DNA of 24,350 bases from the IMG/VR virus record IMGVR_UViG_3300037705_000041, positions 1-24,350 of that record. One strand, written 5' to 3'. A model generated the notes under the pieces. It was not told the origin of the DNA and did no database searches. It saw nothing but the letters and a program-made list of their open reading frames with translations. The stretch's first letter is position 1; each line of letters opens with the position of its first letter. Source of the DNA: a virus (lineage: Duplodnaviria; Caudoviricetes). Made by a program: the position numbers and the translations under genes. This document shows, one piece after another, positions 14,896 through 23,010 of the stretch.

Positions 14896-17388
14896 GTGGG
14901 AACACTTAACGTCATCGGCAACTTGATTGGCGCCGGCGGCGGCGTCGTTGCCTTCGAGGCTGAATCCGAAACCCTGTTCGCCGCCATGACGGTGCAGCCG
15001 AGCGCGGAACGAAAGCTTGCTATCAACAGGCTCGTTGCTGCACTGAAATCCGCAGGTGCTTGGACGAAGTTCGATCGCCTCTACATCATGGCGGCGCACG
15101 ATAAGCAAGCCGGATCGCTCGATTGGAAAAATCCTGGCACAGATAGTCTCGTCGTCACGGGCGATGTGAGATTCAACCGTGACCGAGGCTTCTGGGGGCT
15201 TGATCTGACTGGTGACGTAAAGAACACGGTCAATTTCAACGCGCTTTCCACCTATGCCCAGAACGATGCCCATTTCTCTGTGTGGCAGGCGCACAGTGTT
15301 GGGTATAGCGGTGGCGCGGACGGATACAACCTGGGGACCGCCGTGTCTCCCAACGCGTATTCCGGTTACTGGGGGATGAGTATCGGCGTGAACGTGTTGA
15401 ACAGCTCTCAGCACGACAGCGTCAATGCGCTTTCCCTCAACGACGATTTCTATTTCCGTGGCTGGGCGATGGCCAGCCGAACGGATGCCGCCAACCACAA
15501 GGCTTTTTTGAATGGTGTTCTGCAGGGGACGGCGGCAAGAGCCAGTACCGGGGAACCGGCTCGCAAGCTGGAATGCATTTACGACAACCGAAACCGCACG
15601 GCGGCCATGACAGCGGGGACGAACATCGAGGCGGAGGCCCCAGCAGTTTATACGGCGCTTCGCGCGTACATGGAATCCGTTGGTGTTTTACCGACCATTT
15701 CTACCCCAACCGCATGGTCTTTGGATTTCATATCAAACCCAACAATCGCTTCATCGGAAGGCGTTACCCTGCAGTCGTTTTTTGAGCCGCAGACGGAATA
15801 CGACTGGGAAGGTCGGCCTTGGTACACGGAATACCACGAAGTCCCGTTCGAGGGGTATCGACGGGTCAGGAACATGTTTGCGGCCCCCACTTCGACGCTG
15901 GTCACGCAGACCGTCACCGTAGTTGCTGGGCGAGAGTACCGGGTTTCCTTCACAGGCACCGGAACAATAACCATTTCAGGAGCGGCAACGGCAACGCTGG
16001 TGGGGCAAGGCGCGTCCAGCCGCGTGGCTTCCGACGTTCTCACCGCCACTACGGCAAGTCTTGTCTGCACCGTTACTGGGTCTGTGACATTGGCTCAGTG
16101 CGAAGAAGTCACGCACCAATCCAACCAGAATCCCGCCGATTATGTTTCTGTTGGGGATTTGGTGTACCCCTATCACGGCTGTGGTGTGGATGGCATCAAG
16201 CACTTCATCACTCAGAACGGTAACACCGTGGCGAGCGAGCTAGTGACAGAAGCTGCCGGCGCGTCTCTCGGTGCTGCTATTCGCGGCCTCTCTCGCTGGG
16301 CCTATTCAAAGAACGAATGTTTACAGTCGGAGAACTTCGGCACCACTTGGGCCGCCGTTGGAACTCCGACACGTTCCGCTGCCGCTAAATATTGCGGTCC
16401 CATCGCGCTTGATTTGATCGGTGATGATGACGGTGCGGCACTGGAAGGCTACACACAAACAATTGCGTTCGTGGATCAAGCGTCTGCTACTGGCGCGAGC
16501 AACTACAAAGCCGTCTCGGTTTTCTTTTCCGAGGGAACATCGGCCAGCACAGTAATTCGACTGAGGGATACTACGGCGGGCGCAGACAGGATGTTGGGCG
16601 CTATCACTTGGTCAGGTGGGGTTCCGACCGTCACCATGACTACAGGGCAGTTGCATGAGACGGAAACTCTGGCGAACGGCTGTTTCCGGGCCTGTATGCA
16701 GACTACCGACCTGACGGTAGCCAACACCAATCAATTGCAAATATATCCCGCTACCGATGCGGCACTGGCGGTTGGTGGCACCGGGAACATGTATCTCGGC
16801 GGTGTGCAGGCCGAAGAATACCCGTTGGCAACGCCGTACATTCCCACCACCACGGCAGCGGCAACGCGGTATACGTCAGAATACCTGGGCGACAGTTCCT
16901 TCTGTGGAGAGGATGTCGAATGGATAAACCAGACGGAAGGTACTTTTGTTGCGGAGGCGTCATTTGACAGGGCAGTTGGTGTTGCCAACACGGCGCAGCA
17001 ATACCTGTTTACCATAAAAGACGTAACGGCTGGCAGCAACGAACGCATCATGTGTTTGCGCTACGACAATTCGGATACCGTTACTTTTCAGTGCTTAGTT
17101 GGCGGCGCGCAGCAATCTAATCTGACTGACGCAGCTTTCCCGGATGGAGAGACGCATAAAGTAGCTTATGCCTACAAACTGAACGACGCAGCGAGTTGTG
17201 TAGATGGCGGAGCGGTGAGTACGGACACGGCATACTCAGTACCTGCAAACTTAAACACTTTCAGCATTGGCACGTCAACGCTGTTGAGCGTAGCGGGTGT
17301 CGGTCAAGTGCAGTTGTCGCTCAGGAAAATCAGCTATTTTCCGACAAGGCTTTCCAACGCGCAGCTGCAAACGGAATCGACACTTTAA
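14896..17388 (+). CDS. Multi-domain head spike/fibre-like structural protein with carbohydrate-binding-type domains
   Basis: Thr/Ala/Gly-rich beta protein. NECLQSENFGTTW...YLGGVQAEEYPLATPYIPTTTAAATR resembles head spike fibre domains, and the C-terminus is LamG/ConA-like (GTFVAEA, HKVAYAY, SCVDGGAV, LRKISYFPTRLSNAQLQ). Start uncertain: GTG 14896 chosen, track gives 14725. Confidence 0.75.
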   Translation: MGTLNVIGNLIGAGGGVVAFEAESETLFAAMTVQPSAERKLAINRLVAALKSAGAWTKFDRLYIMAAHDKQAGSLDWKNPGTDSLVVTGDVRFNRDRGFWGLDLTGDVKNTVNFNALSTYAQNDAHFSVWQAHSVGYSGGADGYNLGTAVSPNAYSGYWGMSIGVNVLNSSQHDSVNALSLNDDFYFRGWAMASRTDAANHKAFLNGVLQGTAARASTGEPARKLECIYDNRNRTAAMTAGTNIEAEAPAVYTALRAYMESVGVLPTISTPTAWSLDFISNPTIASSEGVTLQSFFEPQTEYDWEGRPWYTEYHEVPFEGYRRVRNMFAAPTSTLVTQTVTVVAGREYRVSFTGTGTITISGAATATLVGQGASSRVASDVLTATTASLVCTVTGSVTLAQCEEVTHQSNQNPADYVSVGDLVYPYHGCGVDGIKHFITQNGNTVASELVTEAAGASLGAAIRGLSRWAYSKNECLQSENFGTTWAAVGTPTRSAAAKYCGPIALDLIGDDDGAALEGYTQTIAFVDQASATGASNYKAVSVFFSEGTSASTVIRLRDTTAGADRMLGAITWSGGVPTVTMTTGQLHETETLANGCFRACMQTTDLTVANTNQLQIYPATDAALAVGGTGNMYLGGVQAEEYPLATPYIPTTTAAATRYTSEYLGDSSFCGEDVEWINQTEGTFVAEASFDRAVGVANTAQQYLFTIKDVTAGSNERIMCLRYDNSDTVTFQCLVGGAQQSNLTDAAFPDGETHKVAYAYKLNDAASCVDGGAVSTDTAYSVPANLNTFSIGTSTLLSVAGVGQVQLSLRKISYFPTRLSNAQLQTESTL

Positions 17389-18200
17389 TGCAAAGCCTTC
17401 TAAACGAGCGACTGGCCAAAATCAAGGCGGGCTTGGAAGATTTGCTTGTTCTTGCCAGGGAACCGGACATCCTGTGGCGGGACGGGATTCAGGAAGATGC
17501 CCCGCTGTGTGGCTTCAACCAGATCAGAACCGACCATCCCGGAGGCGTCATCATTCCGCCATCCGACGAAGGTGGGGCGAACGTATCGAGAGTCTTTATT
17601 GACGGTTCTTATGCTCTCAGACATTTTGTTGATCTGGATGGGGGCGCGCGGTCACAAGTCGGTATTTGGAGTTTCCGAAATCAAGCCTTCGGGGATCAGG
17701 TTAAGAAACCGGAAGGGGTTTATGTCGCCAGCGAACTGAAATTTCCCGCCGCCTTTCAGGCGGGGACGGATAACTATCCGTGGCTGGGAATACTGGACTG
17801 GCACTCGAAAGACGCGGAGGGGACGAACCGCTGGTATACCGGGCTTAATCTGGCGGCGGATGGTTCGATGCGTTTTGCGATCGCTTGGGGCGGCCCGTCG
17901 TACAAAATCAATCCGCCCGGCGTGCTTTCAGCTATTCCGTTGCCTGTGGGCCGCTGGTTCGATTTTGAAACTCACTATGTTTGGTCGGAAACGAACGGAA
18001 AAATCAGCGCCTGGATTGATGGGCAACTGGCCGTGGAACAGACGGGTGTCGCCACCAAAGCGCCTACACACACTGACGTGGAAGTTTATCCGGGAAAACT
18101 GTACGGGGCTTCAATACCCGGTCATATCCCCTGGACACCGAACCCGGCCGTCAGCTATGTCCGAAATGTAAGGGTTTCCGGGGAAAGAATGTGGAGATGA
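17388..18200 (+). CDS. Polysaccharide lyase-like beta-jelly-roll protein (putative depolymerase or glycan binder)
   Basis: ATG overlaps the fibre stop (TAATG). ARSQV, ILDWHS, LPVGRWFDFETHYVWSETNGKISAWIDGQL and SYVRNVRVS resemble the heparin-lyase-I/polysaccharide-lyase jelly-roll family. Confidence 0.6.
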   Translation: MQSLLNERLAKIKAGLEDLLVLAREPDILWRDGIQEDAPLCGFNQIRTDHPGGVIIPPSDEGGANVSRVFIDGSYALRHFVDLDGGARSQVGIWSFRNQAFGDQVKKPEGVYVASELKFPAAFQAGTDNYPWLGILDWHSKDAEGTNRWYTGLNLAADGSMRFAIAWGGPSYKINPPGVLSAIPLPVGRWFDFETHYVWSETNGKISAWIDGQLAVEQTGVATKAPTHTDVEVYPGKLYGASIPGHIPWTPNPAVSYVRNVRVSGERMWR

Positions 18201-18206
18201 ACGCGA

Positions 18207-18782
18207 ATGGCATCCGTAGTCGGCATTTGTAACCGCGCGCTGCAGCGCCTGGGCGCGGCGCGCATCACGTCGTTGAGCGACGACACCAAGAACGCGCGCG
18301 CCTGCAACAACGCCTATGAGCCCGTGCGCGACGCGCTGCTTCGCCGCTACCGGTGGTCGTTCGCCATCACGCGCGCGCAGCTCGCGGCGGACGCGACGGC
18401 GCCGATTGAAACGGACGGGACCGCGCCGGACATCAACGCGTTCACGCTGCCGGCGGACTGTCTCGGCATCATTCCGCCGAACCTTCCCGACGTGGATTGG
18501 GTGGTGGAGGGGCGCAAGATTATTACGGATTGGGACGCGCCGCTGAACGTACGATACAAGAAGATCATCACCGATCCGAACGACATGCACTCGGATTTCC
18601 GTGAGGTACTGGCGCTGCAATTGGCCGCCGCCATGTGCGAAGAGATCACGCAGTCGAACACCAAGATGGAAAGCATCAAGGACGACATCAAGACCGCGTT
18701 GGCCGATGCCAAACGCAACAACGCCTACGAGCAGACCCCGGATACGCCGCCCGACGACACCTGGATCACCGCGAGGGCTTAA
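18207..18782 (+). CDS. Tail tubular protein A / adaptor (T7 gp11-like)
   Basis: SVVGICNRALQRLGAARITSL, YEPVRDALLRRYRWSFAITRAQL, FTLPADCL, FREVLALQLAAAMC. Confidence 0.9.
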   Translation: MASVVGICNRALQRLGAARITSLSDDTKNARACNNAYEPVRDALLRRYRWSFAITRAQLAADATAPIETDGTAPDINAFTLPADCLGIIPPNLPDVDWVVEGRKIITDWDAPLNVRYKKIITDPNDMHSDFREVLALQLAAAMCEEITQSNTKMESIKDDIKTALADAKRNNAYEQTPDTPPDDTWITARA

Positions 18783-20965
18783 TGCCGAAAGCGAGTCCCA
18801 TCCAGCAGAGCTTCAACGCGGGCGAGTGGTCGAAACTCATGGCCGGGCGTTCAGACGCGGCGAAGTACAAGAACGCCCTGGAAGTCTGCTACAACGCCTT
18901 CCCGCTCATTCAAGGCGGGTGGAAGAACCGCTCCGGGACCTATCATGTCGCTGAAGTAAAGACCAGCGCCAAGTCCACCCGTGCCGTTCGATTCGAGTTT
19001 TCGACTACACAGGCGTACATCGTCGAGTTCGGCGATCGGTACTGCCGGTTCTACAAGGATCACGGGCAGATCGCCGTGTCCGGGGTGGCGGCCTACAACG
19101 GCGCCACGGCCTACGTCATCGGCGACCTGGTCTCGAGTGCCGGGGTCAACTACTACTGCATCGCCGCCACAACGGGTAACGCGCCGCCGAACGCGACGTA
19201 CTGGTACGCCCTGACCGGAACGATTTACGAAATACCGACGCCCTACGTCGAGGCTGATCTGTTCAATCTCAGCTTCACGCAGTCGGCGGACATTTTATAC
19301 ATCGCGCACCCGGGCTACGCTCAGCGCAAACTCAGCCGCACCGCGCATACGAACTGGACGCTGACGGCGATCGACTTCCTCGATGGTCCGTACCTGCCGA
19401 CGAACGCCACGGCCACGACGTTTACGCTGTCCGGCACGACCGGTTCCGTGACCGTAACCGCCAGCGCCGTGACCGGCATCAACAGCAACACCGGTTTCCA
19501 GACGACGGACGTGGGCCGAGTTATTCGCTGGAAGGATCCGGCGAACAACTGGACGTGGCTGGAAATTACCGCGCGCACGAACACCACCGTCGTCGCGGCG
19601 CTCATCCGCGGGCCCAACGCTTCCGCCGGCACGGCGACAGTCAACTGGCGGCTTGGGGTGTGGTCGGATACGACCGGGTACCCTGGCGCCGTGGCGTTTT
19701 TTGAGGACCGGCTGTTTTGGGGCGGGTCGACGAGCTATCCGCAGCGGCTGGATGGATCAAAGTCCGGCGACTACGAGAATCACGCGCCCAGCGCGGCGGA
19801 CGGCGCGGTGGCCGCCGACAACGGCGTGGCGTTCACACTCAACGCCAGCACGATCAACGTCATTCGATGGATGATGGACAACGAGAAAGGGCTGTTGGTC
19901 GGCACGACTGGCGGCGAGTGGCTGGTGCGGCCGTCTACGCAGTCCGAGGCGCTGTCGCCGACCAACATATCGGCCAAGCAATCGGACGGCAAGGGCAGCA
20001 AGCGGGTGCAGGCCATTAAGGCCGGTCGGGCGACGCTGTTTGTGCAGCGCGCCGGACGTAAGCTGCGCGAACTGGCCTACGTGTTTGAAGTCGACGGCTT
20101 CCGTGCGCCCGACCTGACTCCCCTGGCTGAGCACATCACCCGCGGCGGTCTCGGTGAGCTGGCTTATCAGCAGGAACCGCACAGTATCGTGTGGGGTGTT
20201 CGCGGGGACGGCGTGTTGGCGGGACTGACATACGAACGCGACCAGGACGTCGTGGGGTGGCACCGGCACGAAATAGCCGGAGCGTTCGGCAGCGGTATCG
20301 CCGTGGTCGAGTCGATCGCCGGTATCCCGGAGCCGAACGGGGAGTACGATGAACTGTGGTTGGTTGTTAAGCGTACCATCAACGGGGCGACCAAGCGGTA
20401 CATCGAATATATGAAAAAAGATTTTGAAGAAGGTGATGCCCAGGAGGACATGTTCTTTGTGGACAGCGGGCTGACCTATTCCGGGGCGGCCGCCACGGTC
20501 ATTTCCGGCCTGGATCACCTCGAGGGGCAGACGGTTTCCATTTTGGCGGATGGCGCGGCGCATCCGACCAAGGTCGTATCGGGCGGGTCGATCACCTTGG
20601 ACCGCGAGGCGACCAAGGCACACGTTGGTTTGGGTTACGTGTCGGACGGCAAGAACATGCCGTGGGAAGCGGGCGCGGCGGACGGCACGGCGCAGGGCAA
20701 GATCAAGCGCCCGCACACCTGTTTCTTCCGGCTGCACAATTCGATCGGGCTGAAATACGGATCGAGTTTCACGAATTTGGATGAGGTTTCGTTCCGTGTC
20801 AGCACGGACCTCACCGCGGCGGCGGTTCCGCTGTTCACTGGCGACAAGCTGGTGGATTGGCCAGGGGATTACGACGTGTACGGGCAAATTTGCTGGCGCC
20901 AGGACAAGCCGATGTCGTTGACGGTACTGGCGATAGGTCCGCAACTTCACACACAGGACAGATAA
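18782..20965 (+). CDS. Tail tubular protein B / nozzle (T7 gp12, P22 gp10-like)
   Basis: ATG 18782 (TAATG overlap). QQSFNAGEWS, QSADILYIAHP, GYPGAVAFFEDRLFWGG, LFVQRAGRKLRE, VVGWHRH, GLDHLEGQTV. Confidence 0.92.
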   Translation: MPKASPIQQSFNAGEWSKLMAGRSDAAKYKNALEVCYNAFPLIQGGWKNRSGTYHVAEVKTSAKSTRAVRFEFSTTQAYIVEFGDRYCRFYKDHGQIAVSGVAAYNGATAYVIGDLVSSAGVNYYCIAATTGNAPPNATYWYALTGTIYEIPTPYVEADLFNLSFTQSADILYIAHPGYAQRKLSRTAHTNWTLTAIDFLDGPYLPTNATATTFTLSGTTGSVTVTASAVTGINSNTGFQTTDVGRVIRWKDPANNWTWLEITARTNTTVVAALIRGPNASAGTATVNWRLGVWSDTTGYPGAVAFFEDRLFWGGSTSYPQRLDGSKSGDYENHAPSAADGAVAADNGVAFTLNASTINVIRWMMDNEKGLLVGTTGGEWLVRPSTQSEALSPTNISAKQSDGKGSKRVQAIKAGRATLFVQRAGRKLRELAYVFEVDGFRAPDLTPLAEHITRGGLGELAYQQEPHSIVWGVRGDGVLAGLTYERDQDVVGWHRHEIAGAFGSGIAVVESIAGIPEPNGEYDELWLVVKRTINGATKRYIEYMKKDFEEGDAQEDMFFVDSGLTYSGAAATVISGLDHLEGQTVSILADGAAHPTKVVSGGSITLDREATKAHVGLGYVSDGKNMPWEAGAADGTAQGKIKRPHTCFFRLHNSIGLKYGSSFTNLDEVSFRVSTDLTAAAVPLFTGDKLVDWPGDYDVYGQICWRQDKPMSLTVLAIGPQLHTQDR

Positions 20966-21418
20966 ATGGGCGCAACAGCAGCATTGGCGGCGGGCGGGAT
21001 GAAGGCGATCGGTTCGATCGCGTCCGCGAAAGCCAAGTCCCAAGCGGCGGACTTCAACCGCGACATTTCGCTGCAAAACGCCGAGATTGCCAAGCAGCAA
21101 ACGCAGGCGGAGGTCATCCGCTTGCGTAAAAAGCAGTACCAGCAGCTCGGTGCGATTCGTGCCGCCGTGGGCGCTTCCGGCGTGACGATGGAGGGCTCAC
21201 CGCTGGACGTGTTGGAGTCGTCCGTGACGGAAGCGACGCTGGATGTCCAGCGCGTGAAATATGCCGGCGAACTGCGCGCGCGTGGGTACGAGAACGAAGC
21301 CTCGCTGTTCGAGTTTGAGTCAAAAACAGCCAAGACAGCGGGATATTTTAACGCCGCCAGCGCGCTGCTTATGGGCGGGTCGGATGCGTATTCCTACGGC
21401 ACGCCGGTCAGGGTGTAA
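20966..21418 (+). CDS. Small internal virion (ejection) protein
   Basis: Gly/Ala N-terminus, helical middle, GASGVTMEGSPLDVL motif. Follows tail tube B as T7 gp14-like genes do. Confidence 0.8.
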   Translation: MGATAALAAGGMKAIGSIASAKAKSQAADFNRDISLQNAEIAKQQTQAEVIRLRKKQYQQLGAIRAAVGASGVTMEGSPLDVLESSVTEATLDVQRVKYAGELRARGYENEASLFEFESKTAKTAGYFNAASALLMGGSDAYSYGTPVRV

Positions 21419-21420
21419 TA

Positions 21421-23010
21421 ATGCCAAAAATTCCACAGTACGAACAGCAGATCAGCGTCAACCGCGGCATCGAGGGCCGCCGGGCTAGCCCGGAGGATTT
21501 TGACGTCGGGCAAGGCATATCCCGTCTCGGCGAGGCCGTTGGCGATGTGGCCGGAGCGGTGCACCGCGAGGCTGAGCGCAAAGACCTGTCCACCCTTCAT
21601 GCGGAATTGGCGACCGCGCGCGCTGAGGCAGCGGAGGATTTGCAGCGCCAAGTGCAGTCCGGCGAGATCAACGCCGAGGACGCGCTGGATAAGTACAACA
21701 ACAAAGTATCGGAGCGCGTCAGCCAGATACAGGACAAGATGACGACCCGGGGCGGGCAGGCATCGGCGACTTCCTACGGCGCCAACCTGACGCAGAGCCT
21801 GCGCGAGAAGGCGTTCGGGGTCAAAGCGGCCGCCGACGGCGCACTGGTGGTCGACAATTTCAAGGTAGCGCAGAGCAAGAACGGCGCCGCCGTGTATGGC
21901 GACCCGATGCAGTTTCAGTCGGTTATCGGTGAAACCGAGGCGCTCATCAACGACCCGAACGGGCCGTATATGCGGCTGCCGGCTGATAAACGGCGCGAAC
22001 TGCTGCAAACTTCACGCGACGAGCTGGCAATTCTGGCCGCGCGAGGCACGATCGATAACGTGGGTCCGGAGGTGTTCAAAGCACAGCGCAAGGCCGGGCA
22101 GTGGGACGGACTTATCCCGGCCGACAAACTGCCGATTTTGGATGGCATGGCCGACACGGCCATCCGGGCGCAGCAGGCGGACGAGGACCGGGCGTACCGC
22201 TTGGCCGAGCGCGCCAAGAAGGACGCCGACGAGAAGCTGTGGGGGTCGTATCTGCAGCGCATGGAGAAGCCTGACCTGGGTGGGTTGACGTTCAAGGAAA
22301 TCGTCACGTCCTCGCTCGAGCCGCAACTGAAAGAGCACCTGCGAGGTGTGCTGGAACAGCGCATCAAGAACCCGGACGCGACGAGCAACCCGCAGGTGTA
22401 CCTTGACGTGCAGCGCAAGATTTACCTGCCGCCGGACCACCCGGACAAGATCGACGATCCGCGCGTAGTGATGAACCTGTTCTCGGTCAACAAGCAGTTG
22501 AGCCACAAGGATTTACAGAGCCTGATGTTGGATATGGAAAAGGCCAAAACGCAGGACGCGCTGGGGCGCGATCTGCAAACCCTTTCCGGGCAGGTTCACT
22601 CCACGTTCATGCGCTCGCCGATGGGGCAGGCGACCGGGGCCGATCTGATCGCGATGGGCGACACGGCGATGTATAACTGGCGCAAGTGGGTGGACAGCGA
22701 GATTACCCGCGTGCGCGAAGAAGGCGGCAACCCGCGCGACCTGCTGGACCCGGAGAGCAAGGACTACGTAGCCTCCCCGGGGCGGCTGTCGACGTTCCTC
22801 GGTACGGCGAAATCGACGGTGGCGGAACAGGCAGCCAACATCAAGAATGCCAAGCCGGTACCGATCAAGAACGCGGCAGATTATGACGCCTTGGCGCCCG
22901 GCACGGTGTACCTCGCTCCGGACGGTTCGCGGCGCACCAAGCCGGGAGGTCAAGTGATAAAAGCCATCGACGTTTCTGATGCGCCAATTCCTAGCGTTCC
23001 GGGTACCTAA
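21421..23010 (+). CDS. Internal virion (ejection) protein, helical
   Basis: 529 aa, MPKIPQYEQQ start typical of this position, predominantly helical. Assignment by synteny. Confidence 0.75.
   Translation: MPKIPQYEQQISVNRGIEGRRASPEDFDVGQGISRLGEAVGDVAGAVHREAERKDLSTLHAELATARAEAAEDLQRQVQSGEINAEDALDKYNNKVSERVSQIQDKMTTRGGQASATSYGANLTQSLREKAFGVKAAADGALVVDNFKVAQSKNGAAVYGDPMQFQSVIGETEALINDPNGPYMRLPADKRRELLQTSRDELAILAARGTIDNVGPEVFKAQRKAGQWDGLIPADKLPILDGMADTAIRAQQADEDRAYRLAERAKKDADEKLWGSYLQRMEKPDLGGLTFKEIVTSSLEPQLKEHLRGVLEQRIKNPDATSNPQVYLDVQRKIYLPPDHPDKIDDPRVVMNLFSVNKQLSHKDLQSLMLDMEKAKTQDALGRDLQTLSGQVHSTFMRSPMGQATGADLIAMGDTAMYNWRKWVDSEITRVREEGGNPRDLLDPESKDYVASPGRLSTFLGTAKSTVAEQAANIKNAKPVPIKNAADYDALAPGTVYLAPDGSRRTKPGGQVIKAIDVSDAPIPSVPGT

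Noticed and set aside
14725-14896. Programmed -1 frameshift fusing the spike base to the fibre (fibre frame is open within the upstream gene)
   Set aside because: No canonical X XXY YYZ slippery heptamer seen, a 170-nt stop-free overlap is unremarkable at this GC, and an in-frame GTG lies 2 nt after the stop.
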